Source: Azolla caroliniana (taxonomy: Eukaryota > Plantae > Polypodiophyta). From it: a stretch of 64,000 nt of DNA. Location of the stretch: NCBI GenBank assembly GCA_043228905.1, contig JBHGNT010000013.1, positions 930,001 through 994,000 on the forward strand, read 5' to 3'. A program made the position numbers and the translations under genes. The notes under the pieces are model-generated. The model saw only the letters and a list, made by a program, of their open reading frames with translations. It searched no databases and was not told where the DNA came from. Below, in pieces: positions 39,601 through 51,500 of this stretch. Every line of letters starts with the position of its first letter. Position 1 is the first letter of the stretch.

Positions 39601-41719
39601 ACACCTTTCCAGTCGAATCATCAATGAATCTGACGAAGTAGGAGGCGCCACTAAGGGACTAATGTGGAATTGTGCCACAAACGTCTGAATGAACTAAATT
39701 GAGTGGACTCGATTCTCTTGGTGTTGTCGTTGGGTGTGAGGTTGCAACTTGCTTGGTGTATTGGTAGTGCTCGTAGAACTAGTGGTCCAAGAAGGAGAGT
39801 TTAGGGATGTATCGGGCTTTGGATAAGTGTGTTATGCCAGCCTTGCTAGGGTGTTCGAGTCATTCGTGTCATAGTGATGACACGGGGATATCAACCAAAA
39901 ACAGGTCACCCTCTTTGAGTGTGACGTATAACGGGTACAAAGAATGTACTTTCAGACCTTCAGCAAGCAAGAGGTTCCCCCTATGGAGTGTCCACCCTAT
40001 TGATGAGAAGTTGGCACGGATGCCATCTTCTTCAAGTTTTCTGACTGAAATCAACAGTCTTGAGAGCTCTGGTACATGTCAGCCATTATGTAATACCAAT
40101 GTAAAGCCACTCGGAAGGTTGAGCTCTACTATGCTGATTCCAATTATAGTGCAATGTTGCGAATTTTCGACTTAGACTGAGTCGGACTGTCGGGCCGAAT
40201 ATTGCCGGAATTGTGATCAATGAGGGGTCACGTGATATGATGCACCTGAATCTAGGAGCCATGACATTGTGCTTGATTCCTTAGTCGTAAGTAGAACTTC
40301 TAACTCGACTAAGTTCTCTATAAACAAGATTTTTTGGATCATCCGTCAAAACTTCGGTTGAAGAGTCGATGTAGTTAACCTCCTCATGTCGGCCACTCTT
40401 ATGATCAACTCGCTGAGCTTTATCATTTTTGGCTTTGAGGGCACGGTAGTCGGCTTTAACATGTCCAGGTTTCTTAGAATAAATGCATGTCTAGCTATCC
40501 CTAGATTTACTCCGGCTTCGCAAATTTGTCGGCAGTCAGGAAGAACTTCTCCCCCTGTTGTTTGGTTAGTAAGCCGAATCTTGTACTACAAAAGCATGGC
40601 CAAATCGTGAACAAACGATCTCCTCCGAGTGTCTTCAGTCAAATTTGAGCTCTTCGATTCGGAGTAGTTTATGGATGTTGTCTTGTAGATTTCCAGCAAC
40701 TGTGGGAAAGTAGAGTGGAACGGGCGAGAACGGAGATGTGCAACGATTGCACATGTACATCAGGAAATTGTAAATAGAATAAAAGGGGAAATGAAAAGGG
40801 TGCTAAAGTGCGCAAGGGAGTTAGTGAGGAATAAATGTGATGGGTACATTAGTGCACATGCACACGTAGGAGGTAGTGGGGGTGAGTGTGAAAGTGAGAG
40901 GAGCTTTAATGCACCTCTCCTAAAATCAAGGCAAGATATCTCCTCTTTAAAAAGTAGAATATTTGACCGCACTTTTGTAATAGCCTTCCCTCCTTGGACT
41001 ATAAAAGGAGAGGGAGGGGTTCTTATTAGGCGCTCCTTATTCTTGTTTTTGCTCCCGATTTTTGTTTTGTTCCCCATTTTTTAGTTTTGGCCGAATTTGT
41101 TTTGGTCGTTTTGTCTATCAGGGTTTGGGGGTTCCATTTTGGTGTAGGGCATGAGGTCTCTTGAGCTCGTATGCTCTGAGGGTTCCAGTTTCTATTGAGT
41201 CTTCTGTGCAAGGTTTCCACTCGCAACGGCGAGCCTGAGAGCTCCCCGGTGGTAGCTTGCCAACAGACACTCATTGTATCTAGTATGTTTGATCCGGCTC
41301 GAATCCGAAGATATAATCGGTTGCTCAAGTATATATTTTCGTTGTGCATAACTATCTCTGGAATTAATGCTTTCATATTCATTGATATGTGTCTGGACCA
41401 AATCAGATTCTTTCATCCGAAGGTTGTAAAGGCGTCGAATCAGCATTCTTCTGATTAAGATCTTTAAGTAGACAATATATATAGTATTAACAGATTGAAT
41501 ACCAAGATAGACAATTGAATCAAGACAAGATCAAAGGAACAAGAGCAGAGACGAAGTGCAACCAGGTTAGGCACAAGACTATGTAACTCTATTATTTTGC
41601 TCAACGTTACAATGGCATAGTGTACAACATGAATAACCCTGACAAATAAGTTAAAAAAGTCAATTTAAATACCAATTGACTTACGGAAACTACCCTTTCC
41701 ACTATTTACATAAAGAGCC
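36602..41719 (-). mobile_element. Degenerate Ty1/copia element (3' LTR ~36602-36979; 5' LTR ~41452-41719, truncated by a later insertion)
   Basis: Matching LTR sequences; PPT TATGGGGGAA; gag, PR, INT, RT and RH fragments on the minus strand. Confidence 0.85.
40701..41265 (+). mobile_element. Probable solo LTR within copia gag
   Basis: TGTGGG...CCAACA termini, internal TATAAAAGG; flanks GCAAC/GACAC are only an imperfect TSD. Confidence 0.5.
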
Positions 41720-42204
41720 TGTTGAGATATCAAGCTCAACTAGGTTTACTAATTTAGTCATATGTGTAACTTAGTAGTTACATACAAAGAATCTAGTTAC
41801 TGTGTTCCCTATAAAGCCTTAAATAGGATTTTATACTTAAGTGGAGATAAATTCTAGATCCTCCACTACTAAGTTCATTGAATATAAGACTTATATCCTT
41901 GTACCTATATTCTCTTCACACATGTGCACCCTTGCACATGAGATATATATATACCTCATTGTGGGTATCTTTGTTCTTTAACTTTTTAATATAAGTAAGA
42001 GTTCCTTCAGCTACACTTGTGTTAATCATCCCCCATCTTGTCTTAGTGTTTCTAAGTGTGCCTTCTCTCCTTCTCTCATACATCTACACACACTCATATC
42101 ACATAATCTTCCACTACTTAATCATGTACGTGTTCAACTACTCAAATAATTAGACACTAATTAACCCCAAGTTAATTACCTAATTATTTACATGGTATCA
42201 GAGC
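41720..42204 (+). mobile_element. 5' LTR (41720-42192) and tRNA-iMet PBS (42193-42204) of a truncated LTR element
   Basis: TGTTGAG...TTTACA followed by TGGTATCAGAGC. Confidence 0.8.
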
Positions 42205-42629
42205 ATGTGGTTTAGCATATCCACTAATCCCACCCGATTCATATTGAGTGTGTTTGAGACGCCGACACCGACACCAACTCCGGTTATCCTCTATCGTAGT
42301 GACACTACATAGTGTCAAAGTTAATATGCGGAAGCTTTGAAGAACCGGTTCACCCGGATAGCAACAGAAAAAGTGCAGGTTTAATGGAAGCTTCACAAAA
42401 CACAGAAAGAGAGCGGGAGAGACAAAGAGAGCAGAACAATGAACTTAATACAAAATGAAAACACTTTGGACATACTATGTGCTTAGTGAGCACTTTTATA
42501 CAAGTCCTTAAAAGGATTGACAAAAGTATTGACATGTACTTCAATACTCATATGAACGATTGACACTGACTCCTAGAAATATGCCTACGTACTATGCTAG
42601 GATCGTAGAACTCTAACGGCCTACCGATT

Positions 42630-43616
42630 ACAATCCGATCTGGCTCTTGCTTCCAGATACCGATCCAGATCTGGTTGAGCTTGTCCGCTCAGAACTCTCC
42701 CTCAAGCTCAACTTGAAGTTGGATCGAGGTGTAAGTGTTTTCCGGTTCTTCCCTTTGGCTCCTCCTGGCATCTTCCCTCCTTGCTCATGCTCCTTGTCCC
42801 ACCCGATTCCGCTTTCCACTACCTGTCTGGTTCTGCGCCTCTCGACCTTCTTGATCGGCTTGTCTGCTCAACAGGCCCATCTCAGTTCCTTTGCTTCTGC
42901 GACTTTAGCATTTCTTGACCCATCGATTCCTTCGTGTTGGTGTCGACTTCTGTTGCCTTCTAGTCCGTTTGGCCTTGAGTTGATTTGGCTCCTCCGAATT
43001 AGACTCCACCTCCGAATCGACAACCTTTGATTCGTTCCAGCTCTTGTCTGAACAGCCTGTCTCCAATTCGTCTTTGGTCTTCAGGCCCTTCACAACATCA
43101 GTCCATGTCTGGGTCTTGGCCTTCTTCTTGCGGTCGGCTCGGTCATTCTTGACTCTGCGCCGTCACCGCTTATTCCAACTTCTTCGGATGTGCCGACTAC
43201 TTCAGTCGACTCAGCTTCCTTTTTCCCTTTGTCTCCCCTTATTTGGGTTGTTTCCTTTTTGCCAGCTCCTTGTCCAATGCCATTACCTATTCCGGTTCTC
43301 CCCCTCAAGTGCGGCACATTGAGATGTTGTAGACTGAGCATCTCTGAAAACTGTTGCAACTTGTCCGATCCAAGCAGCTTGGTGAAGATGTCAGCAACCT
43401 GCCGATCCGTTAGGACATATCGGAGTTCAAATTCACTAATGAGGACCCGCTCGCGCACAAAGTGTTAATGCACTTCTATGTGCTTCGTCCAAGCATGGAA
43501 CACGGGGTTCTTGGCTAGCTGCATGCTGCTCATGTTGTCGCAGTAGATCGGGATCAGAGTCGGGAGTTAGATCCTGAGGTCTTGTAGTAGCCTCTGTAGC
43601 CATATGGCTTCATAGG
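42630..43616 (-). mobile_element. copia 3' remnant (RNase H plus extended 3' region), same family as 33762-34870; interrupted by element A
   Basis: YCDNMS..QLAKNPVFHA, QVADIFTK; PPT-like TTGAGGGAGAG at ~42700. Confidence 0.75.
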
Positions 43617-44029
43617 TGTCACGGACAAGTAGACGAGGCTCAATACTAAGAGAGTGAGAGAGAGATCATAGACAAGATAATAAGAAAGAGAGAGAGAAAG
43701 TAGTCAAAACATCAAGAACTGAATTATGATTCCGTAACTAGTGTTGTTCACCTTGACTAAGCCAAGGTGAGCCCTGTGTTTATACATGTTTATGGGCTCT
43801 AAATGTAGCCCCATGCAAAGACTCATTTTCATGCACAAACTTGTAGAATGTTCTAGCTTTCTAGAAGCTTCTAAAATCCTACATGTAGAATAGATAACTA
43901 CAATAATCTAGTAAGGTAACATGATTATATATTGGATGTATTGGTTAAAACATATCGATTAAATATAATAGGTCAAGAGTTTGAATCATGTCCATGACAT
44001 TATCCCCCTGCTAAGGCCACCTCTGAAGA

Positions 44030-46674
44030 TGCCTCCTCGGTTTTTGTGGATATTGGTGATGAAATCCATGAACAACATCCAGTGCATTCTCCAAGTGTTG
44101 GGTCGATTCCCAAGTTGCCTCTCAAATGGGATACCCTTTCCATAGGACGTATTGAAGTTGTCGTCGATGCCAACGAGAGTCCAGAATCTTGTCCACCTCA
44201 TACTCCTCACCTGTGGAAAGCTCAATTGGAGGTGGAGGTGGAGAGTGTCTTCCAGGAATAGTGGATGGATGATAAGGTTCGAGAAGAGGCATGGAAGACA
44301 TTATGAATCCGGAAATGTGGACGAAGTTCCAGACGGAAAGTGATGGGATTGACACACTCAATGATGCGGAAAGGCCCCAACTTCTAGTAATCCAACTTTC
44401 CGCAAGATCGAGTAGTATCGACATGGCGACGTAAGAGCCAAACTTGATCACCAACTGCAAAGGCGGGTGTAGCGGAAGGATGTCGATCAACTTGCGCTTT
44501 ATACCGGTTCCTTGCAAGGATGAGTTTGAGGGAGAGGTCTTGATGAATGTCGGCTAAAATACGAGCATGTCCTTCCGCTGACGGGTTGACAGAGTTGCCA
44601 GGGATGGAAATACTGAAGCGAGGATGGAAACCATAGTTGGCGAAAAATGGGGTGACCCTAGTTGAACCATGTAGCATATTATTATATGTGAACTTTGCCA
44701 AGGGTAGGAGGTCAACCCAATCATCTTGCTGGTAGCTAAGCGAGCATTGAAGGTATTGCTCAAGAATTTGGTTCACCCGCTCCGTTTGGCCATCGGTTTG
44801 AGGATGATAGGATGAAGACAAATTCACTGTTGTGCCCAATGTTTGAAGGAGCCACCGCCAAAAACAAGAGACAAATTGGGGTCCGCGATCTGAGGTGACA
44901 TCATCTGGGACCCCATGAAGCCGCACCACATTCTTTAAAAATAGATCCATTGTTGCTTTTGCTGAAATAGTCTTTGCACAAGGGGCAAAATGAGCCATCT
45001 TTGTAAACCGATCTACCATGAAGAGCACTGTGTCATATCCGTGGACAAGAGGCAAGTCAGTGATGAAATCCATGGAAATCGATGCCCAAGGTTGGTTGGG
45101 AATGGGAAGTGGTTGGAGCAACCCATATGGCCTATGGTTGATGACTTTGGATCTAGCACAAGTATCACATGTCTTGATGAATTCCTTGACGAACTTCCAT
45201 GGTTGAGGCCATCAATATCCTCGTGAGATTAATTCAAGTGTCTTTGTAACGCCAAAATGACCAGCCAAGGGGTCATCATGACACTTTTGGAGAACTTGAG
45301 TTCGACATCGGCCCTCCGGAACATATAAGAGTTGGTCTCGGTAAAGCAATCCCCCCTCGAATTTGAAGCGGTTAAGGTCTTCCTTGGTCTTGGATTTAGA
45401 CGGATGAATAAGACCTTCCTGAATTGTGTTGGCGAATTTGTCGGTGGGAAGTGCTTTGGCTATCTCCTCAAGCAAAGAGTCGTCATGGAGCATGCATGTG
45501 GCGAAGAGCTAGAATTGATCTAGTTTAAGCAAACATTGAGATTGTTGAGCATAGGCATCATCCCTTGGGCTCAACTCAAAATTTGACCGTCATGAAAGAG
45601 CATCAACCTTCATGTTTTGTGCCCCTGGCCGAAAGACAATTTCAAAGTCATAGTCGGCTAAGAAAGTTGACCAACGGGCCTGCTGCTGATTCAAAGTACA
45701 GGTTGTTGAGAAATACAATAAATTTCTATGATCTGTTAATACTTGAACCCGATGTTGCGCCCCAGCCAAGTAAGGTCTCCACTCTGAGAAAGCTGCCACT
45801 ATATCCGCGAGCTCCTTGTTGTAGATGGGATAGTTGATTTCTAGAGTTGTGAATTTTCGGGAGTAGTACGCCACTGGATGTAGGATGCCATCATATCATC
45901 GGGTTGTGATAAGACGGCACCAATGGCGAAGTTAGAGGCATCTGTTTCAACTTGAAAAGGCTTAGTAGGGTCGACGTGAAGGAGGACTCGAGCCCAGGTA
46001 AAAACTTCCTTGAGTAGGTCGAAGGCGTGTTGAGTAGATGCAGTCCATTGGAATGACATCCCATTACGAGTAAGCTCAATCAAGGGTTGGACTATGATGG
46101 AGAACCCCTTGATAAATCGACGATAGAAATTTGTGAAACCAAGGAGCGACTGCACATCCTTTACTCATTTTGGAGTGGCCCATTCTTGAATTGTCTTGAT
46201 TTTCCTTGGATCCATGGTGATGGCTTGGGGGAGATAACATAACCAAGAAATTCTATGGAATTGCAATCAAGCTCACATTTTTCTCTCTTGGTATAGAGGC
46301 CATGCTTCCTGAGTTTCGAGAGAATCAATTGAACGTGGTGAGTATGCTCTTCAATGCTCGACGAGAAGACAAGAATGTCATCAAGGTAGATAACGACGAA
46401 GTGATCGAGAAATTCTCGAAATATTTCGTTCATCATATGTTGAAAAACAGTTGGAGCATTGGTGAGTCCAAAAGACATTACCTTGTACTCGAAGTGTCCA
46501 TATCGCGTACGAAATGCCGTCTTCCATTCATCACCAGGTTTAATCCAAACCAAGTTGTATGCTCCCTGCAAGTCAATCTTGGAGAAGACCTGTGCACAAC
46601 GAAGGCGATTGAGGAGCTCTGGGATGAGAGGTAAAGGGTATCGATTACGTACCCGGATTTTATTGAAGCCACGG
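44030..46674 (-). pseudogene. pol of element A, downstream half (RT-RH-INT-chromodomain), frameshifted
   Basis: ORFs 46161-46571, 45841-46155, 45590-45874, 45212-45493, 44384-45121, 44122-44517. Confidence 0.9.
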
Positions 46675-48594
46675 TGTCGTGAAGAAAACCATCCCTAGGC
46701 GGAAACCGAGTTTAGCATGTGTAAACCGGCTCTTACACGAGAGCACACTTTTCGTTGTATAGTAAGTAGGTAGGTACAAGTCGGCTGAGGTGAAATCCTA
46801 GGTAGCATGCATTCAATAGGGAGAGAATCGAATTGTATCTCTGTCCGAAAGGACAGAGAATTAATATGATGTAACGGATGATAACGGCCTCCCTCCTTGG
46901 GCTATAAAAGATAGGGAGAGGAATGAAAAAGTATCGCGCGTTAGAGAGGACGAAGTGCTGCCGGACTGGGACCAAGCCCTTCTCCTCTGCCACTCTCCAT
47001 AGCCATTTTGCGCAGGTTTTCGGGAGGCTAACTCTGCTCCATGGAACGCCCGTGTGCTTCCGGCAGAGTCTCCATCTCGCTCTTCTGTGTGTGTGAGTGA
47101 ACAGGCGTCGGTGTCCGCCTTGTCGGCCTGTTAGTTGTAACCATCTTGATATATATACATTTATATACATACGTGTTCACATACTCAGACTTCTAGTCGT
47201 CTCATTTTGCTGTGTTGTTGGACTGTGATTCCTGTGTGCTCCCGTGTCAGTCCAGGTGCAAGTGCGTCCGTTGCCTTTCAGTTCTCCTCCTTCTCAGCTA
47301 TTTCTCGGTCCAAGGCCCCGGTGGTCCCGCCTCGTTCTCCCCGCACGCGCGTAACAACGCGACATATTTGGTGAACCCGACGTGAACAGGCGGCAAAAGA
47401 ATAGGAAGATGAGGGGGTCGAATCTCGCGGAAGCCATGGCTTCAGCTGTGGATCGGATAGTGAGTGCGCGCGAAGGCGCAGGCGCCCTCGATAGGGCAAT
47501 TGAACCGGTCGTCGGCGCGATAGGCCGGTTCGGTGGGAAGGATGCCACGAGCTATTCTGAGGCCTACCAGGCCGAGATGGTAATGAGAGACATTCCGGAA
47601 GAAAGGCGACTGACCGGATTCCCTCGGGTGGTGACGTTGGGCATCCATGCGGAGGTGCTCGAGATACGGGCTGAGAGCCAGACTTGGGAAGAGTTTGAAG
47701 GTCAGCTCCTCGAAAAATACGGGCTTGATGACGCGCTTCAGCTCTCGAAACGGGTCTTCATGGAATGGGTAGAGACCCCTGAAAAGGGGAGAAACGCGTC
47801 GGTGCTCCTCTGGGAGTTTGAAGAACGTTTCACGCGTCTTTCGGCGCTCGACGAGACTTTACTAGACACAAGTCGCGTCCTGCTGTTCGTTAAGTCGGTG
47901 GATGCGAGGGACCGGGAGCAAGTGGGTCTCCTGCTGGAGACTGATTACGAGCTGATGGCCGACTGGGCCGTGGTGAAGGGAGTCTGTGGCCGTTTCGACA
48001 AACGGTGAGAGTGGGTCGATAAAGGATCAACAGGGGCAGGCTCTATAGCGGCAAGGAAACTCGAGCCAACCCCGCCGGCGCGAAGGGAAGAGACTCGAGA
48101 TTGGCTCGAGACCGGATCGACTTCGACCAGCATGGTCAAAGGCTCGTCCGGAGGAGCAGCTCTAGAGGAGCTGACTAGGATGGTAAAGGACCTCCAGATT
48201 GCACAGGCACGGAGGGACGGCGGCGAACAGGCCCATGACCGAAGGCCTCTGGCTAGAAATCGGTGTTTGTGGTGCGACGCGGTCGGCCACGTCTAGAAGG
48301 ACTACGGGGACTTCGCCGAGGCAATGAGCGCCAACATTGTGTACCTATGGAATGGTCGGGTGCACGCTAGCGAGTCCCGAAGGGCCCTGGACCTGAATGT
48401 CGGATGGGGGGGTATAAAACGACTGATGGAAGAGGCGGCGGCTCGCCACGCGGAGACCGTCCACTACTCGGCGTCGGCTGGGATCCGGGTCGGAGGTGGT
48501 GAGGCCCGGAAGACGAACGAAGCCGGATTCTGGCCGCTGATGCTAGAAGGCCTCGTCGGCGCATGGCTAAGGAAAGAAGAAGCGGACCGCGCGG

Positions 48595-51500
48595 TGTCGA
48601 GGTATTCCTCGCGGATGCGTGGAATGAGGCGGGACCTCGGGGGTCTTGTACCGAAGTGCAAGAGAGAAAGGAGAAGGGAAGGGACCCATTACGTGCGAGC
48701 GTAGATTCACAGGGACGCGGCCCTTCAACACAAAGATGCGAGTGGGACACCGACACAGCGAGACGCGAATGTATGTATATATATATGTTAACAAGACAAA
48801 CAACAAGAAGCACGACGTTGGTTACAATCGAACAGGCCGGCGAACAGATGCCGATGCCTGTTCGTAAACGCACAGAAAGGAAGAAGTAGGTTGGAGGTGC
48901 TGTCGGAAGCACTCGGGCATTCCTCAGAGCAGCGCGAGCCTCCCGAAACCTACACAGAACGAAGCTACGGAGCTTGGAAGAGAGAGAAGCCTTCGGCCAA
49001 CAACCCGACAACACTTCGTCCTCTCTATCCGCGATCCCCCTCTATCCGCCTTGTCTCCCTCCTTTTATAGGCAAGAAAGGAGCCGTTTCCCATTAACTTC
49101 CTACCTACCGAATCTACCTACCTAGGATCCTCTATGTACCTAATCCTCTCTTATGTACAACATAAGGCGTACGTGCATGAAGAGCCGGTTCCTACGCTCC
49201 GGTGCACCGATTCCGCTCGTGGGCGGTTTTCTTCACGACATTTGCCCCCACCTAACCGCGCATCCACCGACATGCGCCAAATTAAGTTGGGACGGAGAAA
49301 ACCAGTCCAGTCTTCATTCCTCGCCCGTCGGTTCTTCCTCGGTTTCGGATCGTTCGTTGTCGCGGTCTAGGTTAACCGGATCCGGCTCGTCGTCGTGACG
49401 CTTCTTGAACGCTTTGATCCGCTTCCCAGCTACCGGTATCGCCATTCTCGTGTCGTCGAGTTCCGCCAGATGGTACGTCCCGTTGTCGTTGGCGCTTTGT
49501 ATCACGTAAGGCCCGAACCACCTTCTTGCGAACTTCCGTGTTGCTCGGTGCTGGTTGTCGAGGCTGCTGTCATAGACTAGCATCTAGTCGCCTTCCTCGA
49601 TCTTCTTTGGTCGTAGCCGGTGCGTTTGGTCGAACTGGACTTTGTTCCTCGTCCTTGCCACCCGAAGCTTTTCCGTAGCCTGCTCTACGTCCTCCGGTCT
49701 TCGCTCAAGCTGCTGTATGCGCGCCGCCAACAGTTCCTCCCGACTCATCTCGTCTCTCCAGTCCACGGTTGCCCATGAGGAGATCGTTCGTTCCATCGGC
49801 ATGATCGGCTTCTGCCCAAACATGAGCTCTGCCGGCATGAATCTGGTTACCGAACTGTGCGTAGTTCGGTCAGCCCATAACGCGTAAGGCAGCAGCCGCG
49901 GCGAGTTCCCGACTTGACCTACGCATGCCCGAACTAACGCCTTGACGATCCGTCCGTGTCCGCGCTCCACCTTCCCATTCGCCTGCGGGTTGTACGCAGT
50001 GGTAAGTGAGAGCTTGAATCCTATCCAGTCGAATAGCTCCTCGGCCTCTTCGGCGTCCAACTCCCCGCGATCAGCCACGATCTTCCCGACGCACCTGTAC
50101 TGGCATATCACGTCCTCGATCAGGAACTGACATACGGCCGCGGTCATTTTGTTCTGAAGGGCTCGGCCTTCCACCTGGTTCGTCAGATCTTCCCGAGCCA
50201 GGACCAGATACCGCATCTGTCCTACGCCCATCGGCATCGTCACCAAATCTACCATCCATTTGAAGTGGATGGTCGGACGGTACGTAGGGTGAAGCTCATC
50301 CCGATGCCGGACTATGGAGTGCATCTGACAGCTCTCGCAAGTTGTCACGAACCGATGCACGTCCTGGTATAGTCCCGGCCACCAGTACTTCCCCTTTATC
50401 TTCTCGAACGTGGCCCACGTTCCTCGGTGTCCAGCCCAAGGGCTGTCGTGGTAGGCCGTCAACAGCTCCTCCTGTTCTTCCTTCATCGCCACCACCCGGA
50501 GCGGGACGCCGTTCCTCTTCTTCGGGTGCTTCCATAGGTATCCGTCCCGGAGAAAGAATCGGTATGCTTTCTTCCGGATCCGGTTGGTCTCGTCCCTTGT
50601 CCATGACGCATCCGGTGTCATTGTCCTCAAGAAACCACCGATCTGTAGCCACTCGCCGTCGTACTTGCTCTCGTCGAAGCCGTTAAGTGACGGAGGGCTC
50701 GTCCCATCGGTCGTTACATACGCTGCCTCGAAGAAGTCCACGCCGACTTCTTCGTCCTCCGAAACCATGCCGCCCTCGTCATCAAACCTTGCCCTCGAAA
50801 GCATGTCGGCCATGGCGTTGACCTTTCCGGAAATGTGTCGTATTTCCGGGTCCAAGGACTTGATGTACGCTATCCACCTGAGCATCGCCAGGTCCGGTGT
50901 CGCGCATCCGGAAACCATGCCGAGAATTGGCAGGCAATCCGTCTCGATAACCACTTCTATCCCGATCAGGTAGTCTTTGTCGGCCTTTACTGTTGAAACG
51001 ATACCCCAGAGTTCGCGTTTAACCTGGGCGTACCCTCGCTGTCGCTCACTGAGGACCTTCGCGCCGAATCGGATCGGGAACCGGGTGCCATCCTCGTCTT
51101 CTTGGTTGACAACCCATCCGATCCCGGTCGGGCTTGTATCCACCGTTATATATACCGGGGTACCCTTCTCGTAGACAACCTTCCGGAGCGCCGGTGCTGC
51201 CGCAAGAGGTTCCTTCAGCTTCCGGACCAACTCCGTGTGCTCGTCTCGCCACTCGAATTTTCGCCCCTTTTTCAGCAACCCGTATAGCGGCTCCGCAACG
51301 TGGGCGTAATGCGGGATCCATATGTGGTAGAACGCGCATGCCCCCAGGAACCTCCGAACTTCCGTAACCGAGCTACAGTCGGTCTTCATCGCGGAGATGG
51401 CTTCTACTTTTGCCGGAGACGGCTTCCGGCCATATGGTCCACATAGGTGTCCGACCACCAAGATTTCTGATTGCCCGAAGGCCGATTTCTCCCCGGAGAA

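Noticed and set aside
48367-49014. ORFs within the C LTRs (also 54775-55298) and antisense ORFs over the B/C pol regions
   Set aside because: Shadow frames of GC-rich TE sequence with no recognisable motifs
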